Below, one piece after another: positions 44,958 through 53,719 of a DNA stretch of 64,000 bases (position 1 is the stretch's first letter; each line of letters starts with the position of its first letter). The position numbers and the translations under genes were made by a program. This DNA is from an uncultured Verrucomicrobiota bacterium (GTDB lineage Bacteria; Verrucomicrobiota; Verrucomicrobiia; Limisphaerales; UBA8199): NCBI GenBank assembly GCA_964653485.1, contig CAZZFF010000001.1:65646-129645 (forward strand). Reading direction: 5' to 3'. The notes beneath the pieces were generated by a model, which was given only the letters and a program-made list of their open reading frames with translations, made no database searches and was not told where the DNA came from.

Positions 44958-45761
44958 TCAGTATTCCGGTTCAAGGTCTGGTCCGAGGGCCTCAACCTGG
45001 ACGGGCTGGCCAGATGAAAGGAAAATCGCTTCGTAGTTGAGGTCCACTCGGTTCACGCGGCGTTTTGGTGATACCGCCGCCGACATGACGCGTTCCTTTA
45101 CCGCGCCGGGGACTCGCAGGTCAAATTCGTCCCCCAATCCCAGGGTCAGCCGCGAACCCTCGCATCTCACGGCCAAGTTCCGGGCCGCTCCAAAACTCAA
45201 GACCGCAGCCCTTTGCGCCAGGCCGCGAAAACGGTCGAAGACAGGCTGGGGCATCCACCACTGGTGCAGCCGGAACCGGCAGTCACCGGCGACCGGCGTT
45301 CCGTTCTCCTGGAGGACAAAGCAGTAAAGGAGGTAGCTCAGCCTGACCGCGTCGGGGTGCTCGCAGTCGCCCTGGAGCGCTTGGCAGAGCGGGCAGGCTC
45401 CAGGCTCCGCCAAGACGGTCGGTTCGGTGCAGTCCGGGCAGGCCAGGGGTCGCCGCTGCGCGGCCCCAACCCAGTGCTGGCCGTAGCGCAACCACGGTCG
45501 CCCGTTGGCGAGCGCGACGGGGAGAACCCGAAGTTGATACTCGCCTCCGTCGAGCGGGCTGAACTTCCGCAGGCAGAGTTGCTGCCAGGTCAGGATGTCC
45601 TGTTCAAGGGTCTTCAATGTCGGTGTCATGTTCGATCCGGGGTATGCGTCTCCCGTCTCCGGCGTTTTACCATCCTCATTTTTCTTTTCGCGCCTCCTAT
45701 AGAGGCGCTCGAAAAATGAAAATTGGGTATATTCCAATTTTCGCTGGAGAGGGGTTTCCAT
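44958..45761 (-). CDS. hypothetical zinc-ribbon protein downstream of the helicase (alternative start 45629)
   Basis: CPDCTEPTVLAEPGACPLCQ. Position after primase and helicase suggests a replication accessory or ssDNA-binding role (inference only). Confidence 0.55.
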   Translation of the reverse strand: METPLQRKLEYTQFSFFERLYRRREKKNEDGKTPETGDAYPGSNMTPTLKTLEQDILTWQQLCLRKFSPLDGGEYQLRVLPVALANGRPWLRYGQHWVGAAQRRPLACPDCTEPTVLAEPGACPLCQALQGDCEHPDAVRLSYLLYCFVLQENGTPVAGDCRFRLHQWWMPQPVFDRFRGLAQRAAVLSFGAARNLAVRCEGSRLTLGLGDEFDLRVPGAVKERVMSAAVSPKRRVNRVDLNYEAIFLSSGQPVQVEALGPDLEPEY

Positions 45762-45838
45762 TAATTATCAACTACTTAGGGGCTGTTTTTCGCCATTTTT
45801 CGGACCTTTCGCGTTTTCGCCACGAAAATAGAGGCTTT

Positions 45839-47566
45839 TCAGTCATCCTTGACCTCGCGGACCAGGTCGTCCACACGATGCCGAACGTCGTAATCCTCCC
45901 AATCGTAGTTTGGCGGCTGGGCAACCCGCCCGTAGTATTTGGCGGCACCGCTGCCGGGTCGCTTCCAGAGGTAAAGCCTCCCGGACGCGACCAGTTGATC
46001 GATACGGTCGGCCTGGCAGTTTTTGGGAATGCGAAGCCTTGTGAGAATTGACCGGAGGTCGGGATTGCCAACGGCACCGTCTTGGGGCAGCCTCACGACG
46101 ATGTCCTCGTCGTCGACGCCGCCAATCTCGGCCTGCTCAATCTCATCGGGGGTAGCCAGTTTCCAGCAGAGCCGGTCTTTCGAGTGCTTGAGATACGCGA
46201 CGCGGGCATTTGGCCGTCCGTAATTGTCCGGCATCCCGGCCCGTTTCCAACGCTTCGTAATGGTGAACTTGAAAACGTCGCCCCCGATGCTCTGGAGCGT
46301 GATCATCGCCCGCGCCCAGTTGGCCAAGTCCGCTCCGCCCGAGTAATTGTAAGCCAGGTCATAGCCCTCGGCCCTGTCGGCGGGTTTGTCGCCCGCCCGT
46401 GGTTTGTTGGTGTGGTGGAGCACGATGAGGCCGCAGTTGTGCTCGCGGAGGATTGCGCCCAGCCCGTTGCGGCAAAAACGGGCGATGGTGGTTTGTTCTC
46501 GGAGGTCGTCTCCGACGTAGCTGTTCAACGGGTCAATCAGGATAACGTCCGGCTTGTGCTCCCGGCACAGCCGCCGCAGGAGCGCCAGGAAGTCCATGCC
46601 GCTGACCGCATTTTCATTATAGATTATGATCCTCTGGAGAACCTCCTTCTGTTCCGCTTCGGAAAATCTCTGTTCGGCGCATACACCGGCGAGCATTTCC
46701 TTTAGGTCCAGGTCGTCGTTCTCGGCCTGCACATACAAAACCGATAATTCTCCCCCGGTCTTGATCCCGCAGAAGGTCCGATGCGAAGTCATTGCGACCG
46801 CCGCCTGGGCACCGAGGGTGCTTTTCCCTATGCCCGTGGATGCGCTTATGACCATCGCGTTGCCCCGTGTCAACAGACGGTTGCCGAGCAACACGCTTTC
46901 AGGTTTTTCCGGCTTGGTCAAAATCTCGAACGCCGTGCAGCACTTCTCCGGGTCCGAATCGGCCTCCATCGCTACCTCGCTGATGTCAGCCACGGCCCGA
47001 TTTAGAGCGAGCCAGAGCAGGTAGCTGTCGCAGTGGGACTGGGCACCATGCCCGGCCTCGGTGTTGATGCCGTGCTGCCAGCACATGGTCTTTAGGTGTT
47101 CTTTGCTGATGGGCAGGCAGGGACCATTGGCCTTTCGGAGGTAGTATTTATTCTCTTTGATGACGTAAAGAAGGTCCGGCATTCCGGCGTCGTTCTGCTC
47201 GTAGCTGAAGTTTGTCCTCACCCGGCTGTCCTTGATCAGACGGTTCATCGCGAGCGTGTATTGATGTGAGTCATCGGCGGGAAAGCAGTCCCGCAGGAGA
47301 GGCCGCACGACTCTGTTGACCGTCACGGGCGCGTTGTTCTCCCAGTCGTATTCGATGAAGGTCCGCAAGGACAATCCCAGCTTGGCGGCATCCTTGAGGG
47401 CATTGAGGACCACGGTCATGGCCAGACCAGGGTCGGCGGTTTTTCGTGCCCGCTGCCAGTCGTCGCGCTCAACCCAGGAATCCCGCCAATTGATGGCCAG
47501 GTCGTTCAGCGGTTCCTTACTCGTTGCTACGCTGCCTGCGGCAGCCGCTGGTGGGTTTGGGGGCAT
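45839..47566 (-). CDS. AAA_25/RepA-like (RecA-superfamily) replicative helicase
   Basis: Walker A ISASTGIGKSTLGAQ, Walker B PDVILIDPLNSY, LIVLHHTNK. The start lies 4 nt after the primase stop. Confidence 0.85.
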   Translation of the reverse strand: MPPNPPAAAAGSVATSKEPLNDLAINWRDSWVERDDWQRARKTADPGLAMTVVLNALKDAAKLGLSLRTFIEYDWENNAPVTVNRVVRPLLRDCFPADDSHQYTLAMNRLIKDSRVRTNFSYEQNDAGMPDLLYVIKENKYYLRKANGPCLPISKEHLKTMCWQHGINTEAGHGAQSHCDSYLLWLALNRAVADISEVAMEADSDPEKCCTAFEILTKPEKPESVLLGNRLLTRGNAMVISASTGIGKSTLGAQAAVAMTSHRTFCGIKTGGELSVLYVQAENDDLDLKEMLAGVCAEQRFSEAEQKEVLQRIIIYNENAVSGMDFLALLRRLCREHKPDVILIDPLNSYVGDDLREQTTIARFCRNGLGAILREHNCGLIVLHHTNKPRAGDKPADRAEGYDLAYNYSGGADLANWARAMITLQSIGGDVFKFTITKRWKRAGMPDNYGRPNARVAYLKHSKDRLCWKLATPDEIEQAEIGGVDDEDIVVRLPQDGAVGNPDLRSILTRLRIPKNCQADRIDQLVASGRLYLWKRPGSGAAKYYGRVAQPPNYDWEDYDVRHRVDDLVREVKDD

Positions 47567-47570
47567 ACGG

Positions 47571-48776
47571 TTATTCCTTGGGGTTCCGGCGGTGGCGGTC
47601 CTGGGTCGCCGGAAACTCGAAGCCGCTTTCCTTGGCATAGTGGAAGATCGTTCCGATGGTGACCGCATCGGCATCGATCCAGCGGGCAGCCCGGTCAAAC
47701 CCATCCCACTTCGCGTCGGCCTCTGAAGGGTCGTATTTGGCGGGGCACTTGGCGGAGAACGTGTGCCACAGCTTCCGAGCGTCTTCATCGCGGCCCGAGC
47801 GGCGTCCCCACCAATGGAGGGCGAATCCAGAATGGAGCCAGGGTTCGTAATCGTGGGCGTATTCCTCGTCTATGGCCGCGACCGCCGCGCTGACCAGGTC
47901 GAGGCTGGCCTGTCGCTTTGACCATTCGTGGTCGCTGCTGATCCGGTCGGAATCGTCATCACCGCAATCGAAAGCCTCGCGTTTGACTCGGTCACGTCTG
48001 GCCGATAAGGGTTGAAAGCCCGTGTCGCGCATCCAAACGTTGTGATTGAACTGCAAGACCTCGGCAGCCGGGTTCCAATAGGCACCGGGGTCGTAGCTCA
48101 AAAAGCACAACCGGCTCACGTCCTTGCCGCTTGGGTCAAGCGCTAGGCCCCATTGGTCGAGGCAGTAGCACGCGGCCATCTCATAGTTCATCGAGTGTTT
48201 GCGGTCGGGCACCCGGAGGAACGCCTTCAGGCCCCGCCCGGAGGGGCTGAGGAAGGCTACGAGAATATGCGGGTCGTCGCGCACCCTGGACTTGAAGTCC
48301 TCCGCCCTGGCGGTGCTTTCGAAAGCATCGAAGTCCAGCGGGACGATCCCGGCGTAGCGCTCCAGCCCAGCGATTCTTCGGATCGAGAACACGCCGCAGG
48401 GCAGCACCGCAGGCAGGTGCGCCTTTGCCTCGCGGATGGACTTCTTGGCCGTGTCCAAGCCTTTCTGGGCGAAAACGGCCTCGAATCTGCGGCGCAGCGG
48501 CTCGACCAAGTCACGCATAACGACACTGGCCAGCAGCCCAGGGAGCAAACCCAGCCAGATGGGTTTCGGCGGCGCGGAATAGTGCGGAACGAAGGAGACT
48601 TCGAGGGCGCTCGGAACACTGTTGACCGGCGCGTAGGCGGCTTCAGCCCTAGTTGCGTCCTCACCTGCCGCCATGCCCTTCGCAGCCCGGAGGCGGCTGG
48701 AGGGTTGCAACGGAGTAGCATCGAGGCCGCGTGGAACTGGGTTGCAAGAACCAGGGGGTTTGTTAGAGTGCTGCAT
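47571..48776 (-). CDS. primase-like protein: VirE_N/BT4734-like N-terminal domain plus PriCT-2 C-terminal domain
   Basis: LPAVLPCGVFSIRR...GIVPLDFD...ILVAFLSPSGRGLKAFLRV. C-terminal YEPWLHSGFALHWW...KYDPSEADAKWDGF...TIGTIFHYAKESG. Confidence 0.8.
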   Translation of the reverse strand: MQHSNKPPGSCNPVPRGLDATPLQPSSRLRAAKGMAAGEDATRAEAAYAPVNSVPSALEVSFVPHYSAPPKPIWLGLLPGLLASVVMRDLVEPLRRRFEAVFAQKGLDTAKKSIREAKAHLPAVLPCGVFSIRRIAGLERYAGIVPLDFDAFESTARAEDFKSRVRDDPHILVAFLSPSGRGLKAFLRVPDRKHSMNYEMAACYCLDQWGLALDPSGKDVSRLCFLSYDPGAYWNPAAEVLQFNHNVWMRDTGFQPLSARRDRVKREAFDCGDDDSDRISSDHEWSKRQASLDLVSAAVAAIDEEYAHDYEPWLHSGFALHWWGRRSGRDEDARKLWHTFSAKCPAKYDPSEADAKWDGFDRAARWIDADAVTIGTIFHYAKESGFEFPATQDRHRRNPKE

Positions 48777-48844
48777 GTGAATCTATCGGCTTGAGGGCTG
48801 GTGGTTCCCTTTGGTCGGCCTGTTTGCGCGGGCCGACTTTTTGT

Positions 48845-49138
48845 TTAGGTCTTCTCCACCACAAGGTTCTCGGTTACCAAACGGCAGGAGAGGGTGCGGG
48901 ACCGGAGAAATGTTTCCACCGCCGCTACGCTGTAGTAATTCGGTCCCCCGCCGCGTCGCGCTGCCGGGTGAGCCTTGAACCGGGGAATACGCGCTCCGTC
49001 AAACCAATCGCGCAAAGTGTCTCGGGAGGGCACCGGCGACAGGAACTTCGGGAGGGTGGTCCTGATCAATTCACTGAGCGTGGCCATGCGGGCTGGCCCC
49101 AATGTGATTTCAGCCGTTTCTTTCATAATCGTCGACAT
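48845..49138 (-). CDS. excisionase/AlpA-like HTH DNA-binding protein
   Basis: MSTIMKETAEITLGPARMATLSELIRTTLPKFLSPVPSRDTLRDWFDGARIP. First gene of the primase-helicase run. Confidence 0.6.
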   Translation of the reverse strand: MSTIMKETAEITLGPARMATLSELIRTTLPKFLSPVPSRDTLRDWFDGARIPRFKAHPAARRGGGPNYYSVAAVETFLRSRTLSCRLVTENLVVEKT

Positions 49139-49594
49139 ACTTACCGAGGTAAGAACAAACACTCCCATTGCACCCCAAATCAGGGGGTTTCGACGGAGGC
49201 CGATGCGTCCTGGACGGGATGGAAGTGCCTAAAATCCTGGAATTACAGGGTCTTTGCCTCCGTCCACTTGATTCGTTAACGTCCGCGAGTTGGCGAGGGT
49301 CATCGTAAACGGCCACAACTCCCGGCAGAAAAATGCCGGTCACCAAGTTCTTGCCCCGGCCATGACGGAATGGCTGGCAGCGGTGAATACGGGGATGGGG
49401 TCCGAAATGCCTACCGTGTGCGATGACGCCTTGCCGCCGTTCTTGGTTGAGTCCATTTCCGTGAGGGTGCGGCCACGGCCCGGCCAAGGCCAAGCTCGCC
49501 GGTCAACTTCAATCGTGTTCACCGGCACCGGCATGGCACAAGGCTGCTTGCGGCGGCATCGCACTTGCAGGAAGTTCAGGCACAACTTGAGCAC

Positions 49595-50116
49595 ATGGCC
49601 GTTCGCGAAATTCTGCTTTTGGGGAACCCGCTGTTGACCCAGCTATCCGAGGCGGTCCAACAGCCCGATCTGTCCGCCGCGATGGCAGTGGGTCAAGACC
49701 TCCACGATACCCTCCTGGACTTCCGGGCAAAGCACGGGTGGGGCCGGGCCATCGCCGCGCCGCAAATCGGGGTGCTCAAGCGGATCGTTTGCCTGCACAT
49801 CGACCGGCCCTGGCTCCTCATCAATCCGGCGATGGCCGGGATGAGCGAGCGCATGATGGAGCTTTGGGATGACTGCATGAGTTTCCCCGACCTGCTCGTG
49901 CGCGTGAAGCGCCATACCGGCTTCACCCTGACCTACCTCGACGAGAATTGGGTCGAACACAGCATGGCCGTCGAAGGCGTCCTGTCCGAACTGCTCCAGC
50001 ACGAAATCGACCACCTGGACGGAGTGCTGGCGGTATCGAGGGCGGTGGACGGCACGGCGTTTGCGCTCCGCAGCCAAAGGCACTTGCTCGCCGGGGCGGT
50101 GTTCGCCAACGGCTGA
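49595..50116 (+). CDS. def: peptide deformylase
   Basis: GRAIAAPQIG, DDCMSFPD (EGCLS-equivalent) and QHEIDHLDG motifs, in order. Confidence 0.9.
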   Translation: MAVREILLLGNPLLTQLSEAVQQPDLSAAMAVGQDLHDTLLDFRAKHGWGRAIAAPQIGVLKRIVCLHIDRPWLLINPAMAGMSERMMELWDDCMSFPDLLVRVKRHTGFTLTYLDENWVEHSMAVEGVLSELLQHEIDHLDGVLAVSRAVDGTAFALRSQRHLLAGAVFANG

Positions 50117-50118
50117 AG

Positions 50119-50163
50119 CGTCCGCGCCCCCGAAAGCGCCGCCGCCAAGCAGGCGGACGTTTT
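50119..50163 (+). terminator. possible bidirectional terminator hairpin between convergent def and the membrane-protein gene
   Basis: CGTCCGC (50119-50125) pairs with GCGGACG (50153-50159), followed by TTTT (50160-50163). The loop is long, so this is weak. Confidence 0.3.
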
Positions 50164-50176
50164 CCCTGCCGGGCGT

Positions 50177-50650
50177 TCAGCGATGAGCCGAGGGCGTCAG
50201 CAGCCTCGATAAGCCCCGCGCCGACACCCCCATGACGACCCCGAAGACCAAATGCGCGGCCACGGTGACCACCACGAACTTCGGGGCCAGGGCGATGCCG
50301 AAGAACCTCGGGTAGGGGGTGAAGAGCATCCCCAATTCCAGCCCCACCGCGAACACCATAGCCCAGGCCCAGTGCCGCCTGTTGGCGTCGTTGAGCAGCG
50401 CCAGATACATGATGCCGAAGGTCAGGCCGTTGCTGAAGTGGTAGGCCCAACCGAGCACTTGGGTCAGTGGCGCGCACATCGGCTGCTCCAGCGGTTGGCC
50501 GAGGATCATGGCCCCGAAGCGCGGGAAGACCTTGAAGAGCGGGAGCGGGGGCACGACGCGGTCGATGCCGAGGTCGCGGGCGAACACGAAGGGCAGGCGG
50601 AAAATGTCGTAACCGAATGCGGCGACCAACCCGGCCACGCTGCCGACCAC
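50177..50650 (-). CDS. integral membrane protein (about 4 TM)
   Basis: Hydrophobic segments throughout. GTG start; the frame stays open a further ~22 codons upstream. Confidence 0.65.
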   Translation of the reverse strand: MVGSVAGLVAAFGYDIFRLPFVFARDLGIDRVVPPLPLFKVFPRFGAMILGQPLEQPMCAPLTQVLGWAYHFSNGLTFGIMYLALLNDANRRHWAWAMVFAVGLELGMLFTPYPRFFGIALAPKFVVVTVAAHLVFGVVMGVSARGLSRLLTPSAHR

Positions 50651-50701
50651 AATGCCCCGCCATAGGCGCTGGCTGCCGATGGCACGTTCCAGAATCCCTG
50701 T

Positions 50702-51001
50702 CTATTCGTTCGCGTCTCGCATGAGTTGTTTGACGTGCCGAAGGGCGTCTTCTAATTCCCGAGTCGCTCTGTCGAGATGTTGCTTTGCGGAGTTGAGGTA
50801 GAACTGGTCCTGCTGGTCAACAGACCGGACGTTTCTGAGAGCACTGAGCGCGTCAGAAATGTTTCTTTGCACATCCTCGATTTTTCGCTTTGCTGACATG
50901 ACTTTACTTTCTTGAAGGTTTGGGGCATTGAGGGCGAACAGGTTCTGCATGTCAAGCTTTGCAGGGTCGTCCTGTTGCAACGGCCCGTAACCCTGGCCCA
51001 T
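50702..51001 (-). CDS. hypothetical helical protein (99 aa)
   Basis: AT-richer ORF with coiled-coil-like sequence. Confidence 0.5.
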   Translation of the reverse strand: MGQGYGPLQQDDPAKLDMQNLFALNAPNLQESKVMSAKRKIEDVQRNISDALSALRNVRSVDQQDQFYLNSAKQHLDRATRELEDALRHVKQLMRDANE

Positions 51002-51331
51002 CGATGACTACCGGGGCCGGGAGCCACGGTGTTCGGATGAGTGGCCCTGCTTCCGTGCCGAAGGCACCGGCTGCCGATGGGGCGGGCCAGAAGCACCCAA
51101 TCGAGGAGGGTGAGGAGTGCTGGCGATGACCTCAAAAACGTAATGTGTTTGCTGAGAACACGCCGTAAAACTCGACCAGGAGGCCCAGGATGGAGGTCGA
51201 GGCGAGCGCGAAGACGGCCAGGCGGCATCTGGGCGACCAGAAGTCGCGCCCAGGATTACCGGACTCGGGCTGGTTGATCAACGGCCTGACAATGCTGCCC
51301 ATGACGCTGCTTTCCTTCGCACCTGGCTGGG

Positions 51332-52078
51332 GTGAAGCCAAGCGGAGGCCATGAGGACGGGGTCAGGTTCCTGATTCAGAACGGTGCCGACGCGAGCTAC
51401 CGTGCAAAGGACCGCACAGGCCCGGTGTCCGAAGCCGTCCACGAAGACCATTTTGAACTGGCCAGATTCCTCATCGATAGCGGGGCAAATTGCAGCCTGC
51501 ATCATGCCGTTCAGTGCGGTCACCTGGCGAAGGCGCGGCAGCTTCTGAGCGAGGGCGCGGACGTTCGCGAGGAGGACGATCGCTGGATTGGACCTCCGAT
51601 GGCCGTGGCGATTTGGCAGGATTCGGTGGAGATGGTCCAACGGCTGCTCGAATTTAAGGCCAACCCCAACGAGCAGGACGAGATATGCCAGGGCAGCGAT
51701 GGGCCATTCGGCGGCAATACGCCCCTGCACGACGCCGTCCTCAAAGGCTCGGTTAAGATGGTCAAACTCCTGCTTGCCCACGGTGCCGACCCCGACATCC
51801 AAAACGCCCAGCGGCTGAGTCCTCTCGAACTGGCCAAGCGCCGGGACCAAACCCACCTGGTCAGCCTGATGGAGAAACAAATCGACCGGGCGGTCATCGG
51901 AGAATCCGTGGACCAACTCTATACCATCAGCAAGGTCGCCGAACTGCTGAGTATCGAGGAGGCTTTCGTCACCAAACTGCTGGCCGAGGGCAAGCTCCGG
52001 CAGGTGAAATTGGACGCCACTTTGACCAGAATCCCCGCGAGCAGCCTCAAGAAATACATTGCGAAACTGGTAAAATAA
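51332..52078 (+). CDS. ankyrin-repeat protein with C-terminal excisionase-type HTH; 5' end possibly truncated
   Basis: GNTPLHDAVLKGSVKMVKLLLAHGADPDIQN. C-terminal LYTISKVAELLSIEEAFVTKLLAEGKLRQVKL. The first ANK repeat runs straight into an upstream stop at 51302. Confidence 0.7.
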   Translation: MKPSGGHEDGVRFLIQNGADASYRAKDRTGPVSEAVHEDHFELARFLIDSGANCSLHHAVQCGHLAKARQLLSEGADVREEDDRWIGPPMAVAIWQDSVEMVQRLLEFKANPNEQDEICQGSDGPFGGNTPLHDAVLKGSVKMVKLLLAHGADPDIQNAQRLSPLELAKRRDQTHLVSLMEKQIDRAVIGESVDQLYTISKVAELLSIEEAFVTKLLAEGKLRQVKLDATLTRIPASSLKKYIAKLVK

Positions 52079-52179
52079 GCGCCGGAGGGGCCTGGGCCAG
52101 GACTAGACATTACGCCCGGCCCTTCACCCCTGATCGGCCTCATCGCCCAGCAAAGCCTATCGCCGGTCTTGGAGCCGGG

Positions 52180-52833
52180 TCAGCCCCCGACTAACGCCCG
52201 CGCCTTTTCCTTAATCCTGATGACCGTGTCCTCCATCATGGGCGCTGTCTCCTCGTCGCCGTCCTGGATGAGTGCGGCGAGGACAACGCGTTCCTCTGGC
52301 GTGAGTTGGAAATCCAACTCCTCCAAAAAATCCATCCTCCGAAAAGCAGGGTCCGCACCACCCACCCGGAGCGCCGCATCATCATCATCAAGGCTGAACT
52401 TCGTGAGCTTGCGCTGCGCCGCGCTGGTGCCCGAAAGGAATCTCAGGTGTTTGGCGGGGGCTTTGATGCCGGTGCGCTTCTGGGTGAACGCGAACTTCTG
52501 AACCAGCGACCGGACGTGGTTCTTCATCGCCGTCTTGATAAACCCGAAGGCTTTGGCCCTGGTGGGGCAGTCTTTCAGCCGGTTCGCGTCGATGATGCGG
52601 GCCAGTTTAGCCCGGCACTCGGCCCGCAACTCCTCCTCCTGCATCAGGGGGTTCGAGTTGTCCACGTAGGGGATGACGATAGCGCGAATGACGCGCTCGA
52701 TGTCGCCGGTTAAGTCTTCCGGCGTGATACAACCAAGGGTGACGTTTTGAGGGGCGCATTCCGGCGCTCCTTTGGTGAAAACAGCATTCATCGGGCAGCA
52801 TAGATCACGGTCGCTGCCCTTGCGGGTCATCAT
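52180..52833 (-). CDS. sigma-factor-like or other transcription regulator-like protein
   Basis: FGFIKTAMKNHVRSLVQKF resembles sigma region 2. The C-terminal LTPEERVVLAAL segment is region-4-like. The match is weak. Confidence 0.4.
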   Translation of the reverse strand: MMTRKGSDRDLCCPMNAVFTKGAPECAPQNVTLGCITPEDLTGDIERVIRAIVIPYVDNSNPLMQEEELRAECRAKLARIIDANRLKDCPTRAKAFGFIKTAMKNHVRSLVQKFAFTQKRTGIKAPAKHLRFLSGTSAAQRKLTKFSLDDDDAALRVGGADPAFRRMDFLEELDFQLTPEERVVLAALIQDGDEETAPMMEDTVIRIKEKARALVGG

Positions 52834-53222
52834 GAGGCACCCCTGTCATCGCTGCCGTGACCGTGTTCTCAAGCGGAAGGCTCAAGCCCGTGGAAATCAA
52901 GTGCGTCGCGAGGGGGTGTCTCGCGAGTGAACCGGGTCGCTGCCTGGAGAGGTGGGGCATTAGCAAGCGGCCCAGGCTTTTGAGAAGGACGGAGCAGCGC
53001 GGGCCGGAGGGGCAGGACCGTGCCCGAGGAAACGTCCCAGCACCCGCCAGATTGGGCGGGGCCAGCGGGACCGGCACGGAGCACTTCCCTTTCTGACATT
53101 TGTCCTGACTTTGAGGTTTTTTGCTCTTGCTCCGGGTGGGGGAACTGGTATTTTTGGGTGCTCGTTTAGAGCGCGAAAGACTATGAAAAGCAAGCATTTT
53201 CAGCGGTCTTTCACCAACGGTT

Positions 53223-53297
53223 GCGCGGTTAGCTCAGTGGTAGAGCACTTCCTTGACACGGAAGGGGTCAGAGGTTCAAACCCTCTATCGCGCACCA
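53223..53297 (+). tRNA. tRNA-Val (anticodon GAC), CCA encoded
   Basis: Cloverleaf folded by hand: acceptor GCGCGGT/ATCGCGC, D arm GCTC-AGTGGTA-GAGC, anticodon arm CTTCC-TTGACAC-GGAAG (GAC at 53255-53257), T arm AGAGG-TTCAAAC-CCTCT, then A-CCA. Confidence 0.93.
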
Positions 53298-53719
53298 TTC
53301 TTGCTGGCGAAAACGCAAAGTCTGGCGCCTCCGACACAGTTCTGACACAGGAAACGCCCGAATCCGGTGCGGAACCCGAAAAAGACGTGAAGTTCCCCAA
53401 GCGCATCGAGTTTCGTGGACGCCCCTTGACGACCTCTACGGCCCTTCCAGGAGTTACCCCAACCATCGCGTCGCTTGGACGGCGGGCGGACGGCGGACGA
53501 TGAACGTTAACCCGCTGTCCGCCGCCGTGGACCGCTGGAAGCGATACAAACAGGTGGGGAAGTGAAATGATAATAACACGCGACTACAGGGAGACGGTCA
53601 TGGCACGAATAAGCCGCGACCGTGAGCGGCAAGTCTTGGCCGCTTGGCTCGAACCCCTCCGCCACTGCTCCGGGCCTGTCTGCGACAAAATTCACCCACG
53701 AACCGGATAAAGATCGGCA

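Noticed and set aside
49170-49560. Possible gene or att site upstream of def
   Set aside because: Both strands give only short, frame-hopping protein-like bits (for example KNLVTGIFLPGVVAVYDDP on the - strand). I saw no repeat of the tRNA 3' end or of sequences near 33-35 kb by eye. Left unannotated.
53380-53560. Tyrosine integrase gene next to tRNA-Val
   Set aside because: Only short N-terminal-like peptides in shifting frames are present. No R...HxxR...Y catalytic region occurs anywhere in the window. I report it only as a possible remnant.
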